Below, piece by piece: positions 47,112-56,725 of a stretch of DNA of 64,000 nucleotides. The stretch comes from a virus. Under the pieces are notes generated by a model. That model saw only the letters and a list, made by a program, of their open reading frames with translations. It made no database searches and was not told where the DNA came from. The translations under genes were made by a program, and so were the position numbers. Numbering within the stretch: the stretch's first letter is position 1; every line of letters begins with the position of its first letter. The stretch lies in the IMG/VR virus record IMGVR_UViG_3300033146_003848, positions 64,001 to 128,000 of that record. One strand, written 5' to 3'.

Positions 47112-49482
47112 CGTATTGATTCCCTATTAGGACGGACTCCACTTAGGGAGGTAGGGTGTGGGACGAAGGCTCTCAATTAATATAGTGGAAATAGTGTATG
47201 CCCTTTTCATTAATGGGTATTAGTGGTTGACTTGTATGCAACGATAAAAAATTCTTAATAGTAAAGTGCAAGTGAAGTAATTTTTGTTCTTAAAGTCACA
47301 CTATCATATATTGTTGGTCATTATATTGATTCGCCGGTTCGTCTGTGTCGCGAAAGGGCACGTACTTAGTAGTATAGTATTGATGAATCCTGTGTTTTTA
47401 TGGGAACGAGTGCCGGTTTCCCTTAACCATCGAGGATCCTGGACTTATGGTCAATGGATATGCGTGTTTGCGAGGATTGGATCCATTTAGGACGGACTCC
47501 ACTTAGGACGGTCGAATTCGGGATAAAATTGGAAACCGGCACGGTTGAAATCATTAGAGAAAATCGTCACTAGGACTTGTTTATATTGGACTGATAGGAT
47601 TTGAGTGGACTTTTTCGTTTTCGCCTCGAGGTGATCCTATTTCTTGGGTTGGATGGTTGAATGGTTATGAGTACTTAGTGGTAACCGACTTTTTATTGAT
47701 TTGAGTCGGATTTGTATGGTGTTGCCGGTTGAAATCATTGACGGATTTCGTCACTACACAATTGGTTGGAATTTTCACTTTATTTGATGATTCCCATTCG
47801 TTCGAATTCGAAGTCTACGGCTTCGTTGAAGGATGACTTGTACAATTCATCAATTTGTTCTTGTAATATTGTCATTCTCAAGTGGGACCTTCCGATATCA
47901 CGGAGTTGCATGGTTCGTTCTTCATAGAACAATTCTTTTGTTTCGAAGTCTTCGGGTTGCATAATCCTTACTACTTCTGTGAGTACTTTTGCGGCCCTTT
48001 GGTTTCCGAAGTACTCTCTTTGGAGGTCTTCCATTTTTGTTTTGTCGTGGTGATTCATCATTTTACTTCCCTCATCATACTAAATTAATAATCAATTGAA
48101 AGTAACACTATTGATACTTTCATAATAATAGTATAACATATAATATCAACCGAGTCAACGTTATAATGAATTATTTTAAATTATTATTTTATTGACACGG
48201 TTGATATTATATGTTATTATTGACTCGTATTATTAATATTGATATTACAAACGATAACAACAAAAAGGAGACTTATTATGACTAATGCAGAAATTAAACA
48301 AGTACTTAATGAAAAAATGGAATTGATGGAACGCCACTACAAGAACAGACTTATTACCGAGGAAGTGTGGAAAGAAGTACTAATCATGGACAATTACTAT
48401 AAGAAAATTGTAAAGAATTACGCCTTCGCACTTCGTCAACGCCAAAAACAAATTGAAGAAACGTATGATCCTAGAAGTCGTAAGAAAAGTAATGAAATAT
48501 AGTAAATTATATAACGATTAATTCTAAAAGTCCACACTTAATTATCCCAGAAGTCAACGTCATATTTGGTATATTCATTTGACTATTAATTGTTTGATCG
48601 ATGGCTTCACTTAAGTCCTTTGTGTTTATGTTAATTGTTTTGTTTGATACCATCACTTTATCATTGACTTGGAAAGTCCTTTTGACTAATAGGCTAAATT
48701 GCATCCTTGATTCTCCCTGTTTCCTTGAATTGTAAGTACTTTTTAATATCATTGATGGTGATATGGTCAAGTATACCATAGGCATTCTTTGTATTCATTG
48801 TTCCGGACCCTTCAATTAACGTTGTTGTTGCCAACATTATTTGATTTAATTGGGTATCATTCATTTTATTTTGTTGCATAATTTCCTCCTTTTTAATATA
48901 TTAAGTGACCATTTTTAAGGCGATGAATAAATTCTTTCATTGCATTAGTGATGGTTTTTACTTCAATTTTTTCTGTCTCAGTCCATTCATCAGTAATATC
49001 CTTGATTAACAAGTCTACGTTTCCCTCTTCATCACTCAATTGGTGATAATATGCAAACAAGAATGACTTGGCATCATATGAGAATTTTGTGTCCCTTAAT
49101 TTCTTCAAGAAAGTCCTTTTAGTCGTTGTTGTTTTAAATAACATAATGACCTCCATTTTAAATTGTTCCCTTCACGTACTCAGTGAAGGAGAATGCAAAT
49201 ATTTCTGATTCATTGGCATCATCCAATGAATATACTTCTAGGCTTTCCAAGAAGTCAATCACTTCTTCTTCCCCATACTTTTCACCATACACTTCACAAA
49301 TGGAATCGGCAATACTTTCCAATTCATAAACCTCATTGACTTCCACACAGTGACAGTAATGTCCATTCCTTTCCTCAAGTACTTCTTCGAAAATCATATT
49401 CATTTTATTCTCCTTCAAATTGTTATTCTCATCATAATGCAAGGATCATTCCACTATTGAAATGACCCTTCGTTGTTGTACC

Positions 49483-49641
49483 CTAATTATACTTTCTGAC
49501 CATTTCTTCGATGATCATTTTAATCGTCCTTGTTTCCTCTTCAGACTCCTTTGTCTTGGTGATGATTGCAAAGTGGCTTAATTTATCATACTCGTCTAAT
49601 GAGTATGCGACTTTGTGGTTTTGAATCGTTGTTGTTAACAT
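49483..49641 (-). CDS. Small protein (52 aa; not in the ORF track)
   Basis: MLTTTIQNHKVAYS..., GGAGG RBS, promoter at 49736. Confidence 0.6.
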   Translation of the reverse strand: MLTTTIQNHKVAYSLDEYDKLSHFAIITKTKESEEETRTIKMIIEEMVRKYN

Positions 49642-49966
49642 GATAGCCTCCGTTTTAAGTAATCAATAATCAATTGATAGTAACACTATTGTTACTATCA
49701 TAATACTAGTATAACATATAATATCAACCAAGTCAATTACTTTTGTTGATATACTCTAAAAAATTAATTGACACTTGCCCATATTGAATGTCGCAGACTC
49801 CGTCTCCTATTAACGCCTCTCTGTGATACTTGTCGACTACTTCACCATCATGCCTCACTATTTGGTTAATAAATTCATTTTCTGCGGCATCCCTATCGTG
49901 AAAGTCAAACACGAATTGGTCATTCACTTGATTTTTATACGTTACGGTTACAACAATTACTTTCAT

Positions 49967-50062
49967 CATAAGTCTCCTTTCTTCTAAATTAATAATCAAT
50001 TGAAAGTAACACTATTGATACTTTCATAATACTAGTATAACATATAATATTAGCCAAGTCAA
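49967..50062 (-). repeat. ~95 bp promoter-hairpin-RBS module, identical to 50400-50495
   Basis: TTGACTTGG...TGTTATACT, ATAG-loop hairpin, AGGAG, ATG. Confidence 0.93.
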
Positions 50063-50399
50063 TTAATTTATGTTTGAAGTAAAAAAATTCAAATAAGTGT
50101 TACTTTTCTTTGATTGTTTTTGATTGTCTGGGACTTGATTTTTGAGTAATATTGAAGTACTTTACTTTATGTTATTGATACTTTTCGAAAATAGGAAGTG
50201 AGACTTCATTACCGTGTATTACACTATCATCATAATTCAAGGAGTCCGAATACACTTTGTTATTAATAAGGGCCATTCTTCGTCGTCGGTTCTTTTCCAT
50301 ATTAATGATGAAATTATTTCCCCTCACTTTCCATTCATCATTGGTTAACCTCATTTGATTCACCAATATCATCAAGTCTTTTCTTTTAGGCATTACCAT

Positions 50400-50495
50400 C
50401 ATAAGTCTCCTTTCTTCTAAATTAATAATCAATTGAAAGTAACACTATTGATACTTTCATAATACTAGTATAACATATAATATTAGCCAAGTCAA
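50400..50495 (-). repeat. Second copy of the ~95 bp module
   Basis: Identical by eye; drives an unrelated ORF. Confidence 0.93.
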
Positions 50496-50579
50496 CGTTA
50501 TATGAAAGTATTTTTTGATGATCGGTTAGGTACCTAACCAATGGAGAGGGCCCAAGTAGGACGGTTGAAAGTCACCTCA

Positions 50580-50611
50580 GAAACCGGCACTCTGTGACGA
50601 GTGCCGGTTTC
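50580..50611. other. Perfect 13 bp GC-rich inverted repeat
   Basis: gaaaccggcactc-tgtgac-gagtgccggtttc; the arms recur at 47410 and 47531. Confidence 0.85.
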
Positions 50612-50893
50612 CCTATCCCGTTATATACTCAATTCCATGGCTCTCACAATGACACTTTTGACTAGAGTCGTTCGCCTCATATATGTCATCACCACTCACT
50701 TCTACTGAGTCAGTGGACTTATAATAGTATATGTAATTAGCCTTCATTGTCGCACTCTCCCAATTCCACTTATTAATAATGGTCAGGAAGTCTTCTACTT
50801 TAAAACACCACACTTTTTGTTCTAACCCTCGATTATAGTAAGTGAATTCCCTATAATTACATAAGTACATTGCATCTGCCTTTGATATTAACA

Positions 50894-51286
50894 TTAGTGT
50901 CTCCCATGTCGTCTGTTATCAAGCCTCATTTGTTCCGTTTTTAATATTACTTTATTCATTAACCATACAGGAATTGTTAGTATTCCACCCAATATCACGT
51001 TGAAGGTTGACGTAAACAAAAACAAATTGAACCAAGGAATTTCAAAGAAAGGAGTATGATAGTGTGTTCCAACAATTAAAACGCCAAAGTATGCCGCAGA
51101 AAACGTTCCTGAAATAATATAGGGCAATGGTCCTGCAATAAGTATTATTATCATTGCCCAAAGTCCCATATATATATTCCAATCGTCTAATGGAATACCA
51201 CTAAATGCACCTGTTGATAAGTACACGTATGGTCCCAAAATTATTAATATTGCAATTAGTCGCCATTTGATAAAGTCCCACATCAC
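50894..51286 (-). CDS. Multi-pass membrane protein
   Basis: About four hydrophobic segments. Confidence 0.65.
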   Translation of the reverse strand: MMWDFIKWRLIAILIILGPYVYLSTGAFSGIPLDDWNIYMGLWAMIIILIAGPLPYIISGTFSAAYFGVLIVGTHYHTPFFEIPWFNLFLFTSTFNVILGGILTIPVWLMNKVILKTEQMRLDNRRHGRH

Positions 51287-51887
51287 TTTCTCCGTTTTCT
51301 AATTGGAGGTCGTTTTTTGAATAAGTCTAGTAAAGTCTTTTTGCGTGGCCTATTTCTCATAATATTCTCCTTTTATGTAAGTCGTCCTTATTGAATTTAA
51401 TAATTCTACCTCCGACTTTCTGATGTCGGTAGTGAATTTCTTCATTAAGGAGAACCAAGTCTTCCATAGTGTGATTTTTTGCCTGTAATACTTTTTCGAT
51501 TGCCTCGTGCAAGTCGTCTGTATTGACTTGCACTATTTCACAGGTTTCCAATAAGTCGTATTGTTTTTTAATTTCCAATTCAATCATAATATTCCCATGC
51601 CTTTTAATTCACACTTGATTTTCGCAGGTACTTCAGAGAGTGATACTTTGGTTTCCATCACTTTCCAATAAGTGCAACGACCATACTCATACATTTCTCT
51701 CATAGTCTCGTCTGCCTCTTCTTGATTGTTGTAATAGCCGATTCCAATGATTCCAATTAAGGCGATAAGTAATACTTTCTTCATAATAGTCTCCGATTTT
51801 AAAGTCTTCTCTGACTTAAAAATTAATAAAACAAACAATCAATATCGATTGTTTATATATATAGTATAACATATAAAAGTAGCCAAG

Positions 51888-52241
51888 TCAATTAATTATT
51901 GAGAATTGTGATGATGGTGTCGCATTATCAATACCATTCTCATTCAAACAATTTGAACAATCAGAACACTCTTGGCAATTATCACAATTTAAACACCATT
52001 GACAATACGAAAGGCTCGTGCAATCGGTACAGTCATATGAATATGATACATTTTTACAATTGATGAGCCTTGTCGAGTAATAACAATGGTGACTTCTTGT
52101 GCAGTCAGTGCAATTGGTGCAATCAGTACAATTGTCTAATGAAGAAGACTTCTTAATTGCCTCTTCTTCAGTGCAGTCTGACCATTTGTTGTTGTTCTCG
52201 TCTTGCCAATATTCCACGTGGTTCAATATTACTTTTTTCAT
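51888..52241 (-). CDS. Cys-rich repeat protein, paralog 4
   Basis: YWQDENNNKWSDCTEEEAIKKSSSLDNC; AGGAG RBS before ATG 52241. Confidence 0.8.
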   Translation of the reverse strand: MKKVILNHVEYWQDENNNKWSDCTEEEAIKKSSSLDNCTDCTNCTDCTRSHHCYYSTRLINCKNVSYSYDCTDCTSLSYCQWCLNCDNCQECSDCSNCLNENGIDNATPSSQFSIIN

Positions 52242-53087
52242 TTTATTCTCCTTTTGTTGTTCGTACTTCATACTTCCCATTTGATGAGAAGTGATTGGCA
52301 ATACTTTCCACCACTTCGTCTTCTGTGTTACCAATTGCCCAAGAGTCTAAGTCCTTCACGTATGCCCAATATTCACCGTCTCTAAAAACAGTATCGACAC
52401 TGAATCTTTCAAACACATACTTCGCATTTTTCACAAGGACTTCAAAATTAATTCTCATAATAGTCTCCGATTTTAAAGTCTTTACTGACTTAACAATTAA
52501 TAAAACAAACAATCAATATCGATTGTTTATAATACTACTATAACATTTAAATGAAACCATGTCAAGACTTTTTAATATCATTTTATCATTATTTTACCCT
52601 CATTGAAACCATTGCAATTTCATTTCAAGTCAATATGGAACCTTGTATCAATAAACAAGTGAGGACTTCAGTAATAATGAAATGAATTGAACCGGTGTTG
52701 ATTCTGAGTCAAAATGATATCACTAATACTTTACTATTCAAAAATTGTTTTCGTTGCAAATATCATAAAAGGATCACTTGAAAATGAAATAGGATGAAAT
52801 GAATTGAAAGTGAAACAAAATGAAGTAGGGTTAATTAAAGTGAGACTGAAGTGGAGGGAATTTGTATTTGATACTGATTGACTTCGGTTGGTAATATTTC
52901 AATTGCAACCTCGTTAGGGTTTAACCGTCCCGATTGATATGATACCTCAATATTGAATTTAATTAGGTGGAATCCAAGTATGAACCCTAAATGAGGATGG
53001 TTACCAAAAAGGACGGTACAGTGTAAATTGAAAATAAACCCTTAATTTTTTTAAGTGTCCATCGTTGATATTATTATTACTACTTCC

Positions 53088-53360
53088 TTAAATTGTTTCT
53101 AAGTCAAATTTAAGTGAAGTAGTGTTTTTTATATATTCATAAAATTTATACGACCCTGTTGATAGTAGAGACGATATTAATGATGATGATATTTCAATAT
53201 TACTTGTATCAATTAAAAACATGAATAATTGATACTCTTCTGTCTCGGTCAAATCAGTATCAGACTGAGCCAAAATCATGAGGGTTTGGGTAAGTGTGGA
53301 ATTGATAAAAAGTGATCTGAAGTCTTTTTCTGATACTTTACAATCGTTTATAATAATCAT
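53088..53360 (-). CDS. Cassette gene, paralog of 55184-55585
   Basis: EY.LF..LID and SYKFYEY.K....LKFD..TI shared. Confidence 0.75.
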   Translation of the reverse strand: MIIINDCKVSEKDFRSLFINSTLTQTLMILAQSDTDLTETEEYQLFMFLIDTSNIEISSSLISSLLSTGSYKFYEYIKNTTSLKFDLETI

Positions 53361-53663
53361 TTTCTTTTCCTGTTTTTAAAGTCTCTACTGACTAAAAAAT
53401 TAATAAGAACACAAACAATTAATATCAATTGTTTATAATACTAGTATAACACTTAAATGAGACCTTGTCAATTCCATTTCAAATTAATTTTATAAAAAAA
53501 AAGAAATATACTTACTTCAAATAGTCTCATATTCAATCGAGATCAAACGATATGGAAAAATGAATAGTAAAGTATATACTTGAAATAAAAAATGATTATT
53601 ATCAAAACACAATAGGTCTCAATGTTATTTTATTCAATCAATACCTTCCCTAATTTATATCGT

Positions 53664-53870
53664 CCATTTAGGACGGTTCCCAACCATAATAGGTCGTCAC
53701 TAAAGTAAAATTGAACCTCGATGAGAATTAATGATTCCCAAATAGGACGGTACAGAGACATTGACCTCGATAGGTCGTCACTAAAGTAAAATTGAACCTC
53801 GATGAGAATTAATGATTCCCAAATAGGACGGTACAGAGACGATTCGACCTCGATAGGGAATAGTATTATA
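53664..53870. repeat. Repeat block of the same family (two ~81 bp units)
   Basis: ataggtcgtcactaaagtaaaattgaacctcgatgagaattaatgattcccaaataggacggtacagagac occurs twice. Confidence 0.9.
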
Positions 53871-53875
53871 TAAAA

Positions 53876-53904
53876 AAAAGTAGTTGCTATTCGCAACTAC
53901 TTTT
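53876..53904 (-). terminator. Cassette terminator (potentially bidirectional)
   Basis: aaaagtagttgc-tattc-gcaactactttt; identical at 55137, 56342 and 57433. Confidence 0.88.
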
Positions 53905-53914
53905 TATCAAATAT

Positions 53915-54373
53915 CTAACGCTTCACAAGTTCTGCAATATTTTCTAGTTTTGAAAAATGTGACATCTCATCAAAATGTATATTCAATAGTGAGTTTGTGA
54001 TTAATAAAGCAATCTCTAAAGCATTTTGTTCCAGATCATCAAAATGATTTAGAATAAAATTTAAATCATCAAAACTTTCATATTCCAATGCTAGTTTTAA
54101 TTCTTGAATTCGAAATTTAAAATCTCTTTTTCCCAGTTCCTCTGCTTCGTCGGCAATTCCCGCAACATCAATTATATGAAAAAGAAATATTGCTTTTTCT
54201 TCAATTGAATATTCATGTTTTCTTGAGTCAATAAAAGCAAGCGTAAAATCAAAATCTTTTGTATACTCATCTATAGCATACAGTCTCTCTAATTCAGTAT
54301 CAAATTGTTTTTCAAAAGCAATGTGAAACAATTCATGATCAATTTCTTTTCCGAACACATTAATTTTTTTCAT
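53915..54373 (-). CDS. Acidic cassette gene, paralog of 57483-57953
   Basis: N.F...I...LFH..F...D, LFH..D..GI, LA.EY shared; start set by the conserved leader. Confidence 0.75.
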   Translation of the reverse strand: MKKINVFGKEIDHELFHIAFEKQFDTELERLYAIDEYTKDFDFTLAFIDSRKHEYSIEEKAIFLFHIIDVAGIADEAEELGKRDFKFRIQELKLALEYESFDDLNFILNHFDDLEQNALEIALLITNSLLNIHFDEMSHFSKLENIAELVKR

Positions 54374-54960
54374 GATAATTTTCCTGTTTTTAAAGTCTGT
54401 ACTGACTAAAAAGTTTAAAAACACAAACAAGCAATATCGATTGTTTATAAGTAACTATAACATAAAATAATTCCCGTGTCAATTCTATTTCAAATTATTT
54501 TAAATTAAAATTATTTTAAAGTAAAAATATTTTAAAAATAATAAAATGATATAATAATAAACAAAATAAACTTACTTCAAATAGTTCCATATTCAATCGA
54601 GATCAAACGATATGGAAAAATGAATAGTAAACTATATACTTAAAAAAAATCAATTATCATAACGAAAAAATAAAATAAAATTTGTCAATTTTATTCATTA
54701 AAATTAAAAAAAATAATTATAAATAATTATAAAATCACAATAGGCTTCTATATTATTTTATTAGATCGATACCTTCCCTAAATTTATAATTGAATTAAAA
54801 AAATGATTCATTTTGTTTCAATAATTATTTAAATCAATTCACTAAAGGGAATTTCCATCTTGCATTCGACCGTCCTATTCGGGAATTATATGTTCATATA
54901 GGTTTAAATCCATTTAGGACGGTTCCCAACCACGATAGGTCGTCATTTAAGTAAAATTGA

Positions 54961-55115
54961 ACCTCGATGAGAATTAATGATTCCCAAATAGGACGGTACA
55001 GAGACATTGACCTCGATGAGAAATAATGATTCCCAAATAGGACGGTACAGAGACATTGACCTCGATGAGAAATAATGATTCCCAAATAGGACGGTACAGA
55101 GACATTGACCTCGAT
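54961..55115. repeat. 3 x 49 bp tandem repeat
   Basis: acctcgatgagaa(t/a)taatgattcccaaataggacggtacagagacattg starting at 54961, 55010 and 55059. Confidence 0.95.
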
Positions 55116-55136
55116 AGGGAATAATATTATATAAAA

Positions 55137-55165
55137 AAAAGTAGTTGCTATTCGCAACTACTTTT
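55137..55165 (-). terminator. Cassette terminator copy
   Basis: Identical hairpin downstream of the gene. Confidence 0.88.
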
Positions 55166-55183
55166 ATCAAATATCTTTCAAAT

Positions 55184-55585
55184 TTATGAAAATTGCAAGA
55201 TTTCTTCTTTTGTTAAATCACTATTATTTAACATTTCAACTAAAATATTTTTATTTAATGTTTTTTTATCAAAATGAATTTGAATAGTTTTTTTATCAAA
55301 TTTCAAACAACTAATTTTTTTCATATACTCATAAAATTTATATGAAGTTTGTAGTAAATTCGCTAGAAGTTCCATTGCAATTTTTTTATTTTCAATATCA
55401 ATATTAGTATCATTATTAAGTTCCTCAAACGCTCTTTTATGCATATCAATTAATGATTTAAATAAATCATACTCTTGATCTTCATTTAATCTAGTTTTTG
55501 ATTTTGCTAAAAAAAGTACACTATCACTTAAAGTTGCATCAAAAATTTGTTCAAATTCATACGATGTTAATTTAATTTTTTTCAT
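55184..55585 (-). CDS. Cassette gene, paralog of 53088-53360
   Basis: Starts after the leader caggaaaattatcATG. Confidence 0.75.
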   Translation of the reverse strand: MKKIKLTSYEFEQIFDATLSDSVLFLAKSKTRLNEDQEYDLFKSLIDMHKRAFEELNNDTNIDIENKKIAMELLANLLQTSYKFYEYMKKISCLKFDKKTIQIHFDKKTLNKNILVEMLNNSDLTKEEILQFS

Positions 55586-56140
55586 GATAATTTTCCTGTT
55601 TTTAAAGTCTGTACTGACAAAATTAATAAAAAAACAAACAATCAATATCGATTGTTTATAAGTAACTATAACACATAAATTTTCCCGTGTCAATTCTATT
55701 TTAAATTAATTTAAATTAAAACTATTTTAATTCTATTCTATTATATTATATTATATTCTATTTTAAAACAATTAAAATGGAAATTGTTTTACTTTCATTT
55801 TAATGATACTTCAAATAGTTCCATATTCAATCGAGATCAAACGATATTCAAAAACTAATAGTAAAGGAAAGACTTGAAAAAATCAATTGACATAACGAAA
55901 AAATAAAATAAAATTTGTCAATTTTATTCCTTAAAATTAAAAAAAAATAACTATAAAATAATTTTAAAATCACAATAGGCTTCTATATTATTTTATTAGA
56001 TCGATACCTTCCCTAATTTAAACTCACTTAAAAAATGATTCATCTTGTTTCAATAAGTATCAACATAAATCAGTCGAGGGAATTTCCATCTTGCATTCGA
56101 CCGTCCTATTCGGGAATTATATGTTCATATAGGTTTGACT

Positions 56141-56335
56141 CCATCTAGGACGGCTCCCAACCACGATAGGTCGTCACTAAAGTAAAATCAAACCGTGATG
56201 ATAAATATAATTCCCAAATAGGACGGTTCCCAACCACGATAGGTCGTCACTAAAGTAAAATCAAACCATGATGATAAATATAATTCCCAAATAGGACGGT
56301 ACAGAGACATTGACCTCGATAGGGAATAGTATTAT
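56141..56335. repeat. Repeat block of the same family (two ~73 bp units)
   Basis: taggacgg.tcccaaccacgataggtcgtcactaaagtaaaatcaaacc.tgatgataaatataattcccaaa occurs twice. Confidence 0.9.
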
Positions 56336-56341
56336 ATAAAA

Positions 56342-56370
56342 AAAAGTAGTTGCTATTCGCAACTACTTTT
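56342..56370 (-). terminator. Cassette terminator copy
   Basis: Identical hairpin. Confidence 0.88.
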
Positions 56371-56386
56371 TGTCAAAATCTTGAAA

Positions 56387-56725
56387 TTAAAAATCAAAAT
56401 TCTCTTTGATTATAAGTTTAAATTCGTCAATGTTTCTATCATCATCATATGAAAATTGAAACTTTACTTTTGTAAGATCAAAATCATCATCATTAACTAT
56501 TATTTCATATGATTCTACTTTCAAAGAATCTAAAGTTATCATATGAAAATTTTTGAGACACTGAAAATAAATAAAATTTCTGATAATTTCTGAATTTAGA
56601 TCAATTTCAGAAATTATCATTTCCTCAATATCATTTTTATGATAATCTCTGCAAGCGTTATTTTCTGATAACGCGAATTGGGAAATGAAATTGAAATACA
56701 TTGTAACAGTTGTTGATTTTTTCAT
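56387..56725 (-). CDS. Acidic cassette gene
   Basis: Same leader; MKKSTT start shared with 57953. Confidence 0.7.
   Translation of the reverse strand: MKKSTTVTMYFNFISQFALSENNACRDYHKNDIEEMIISEIDLNSEIIRNFIYFQCLKNFHMITLDSLKVESYEIIVNDDDFDLTKVKFQFSYDDDRNIDEFKLIIKENFDF

Larger units (their letters stand above)
27749..48220 (+). promoter_or_regulatory. Series of sigma70-type early promoters (+ strand)
   Basis: TTGAC at 27749, 28778, 30796, 33248, 33748, 34259, 36726, 37644, 38886, 39097, 39438, 40662, 42231, 43839, 44620, 46059, 46296 and 48192, with ~17 bp spacer and usually TGnTATA(a/c)T. Confidence 0.85.

Noticed and set aside
45709-47490. Track ORFs 45709-45915, 45757-45981, 46108-46299, 46536-46889 and 47284-47490
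   Set aside because: They run across a microsatellite or motif-rich non-coding DNA, or are antisense to a real gene; no RBS.
53630-55170. Track ORFs 53630-53896, 54894-55157 and 54943-55170 as real genes
   Set aside because: They are translations of the terminator and tandem repeats, with no RBS.
53660-56335. CRISPR array
   Set aside because: Repeats are head-to-tail or separated by repeated sequence; no unique spacers and no cas genes.
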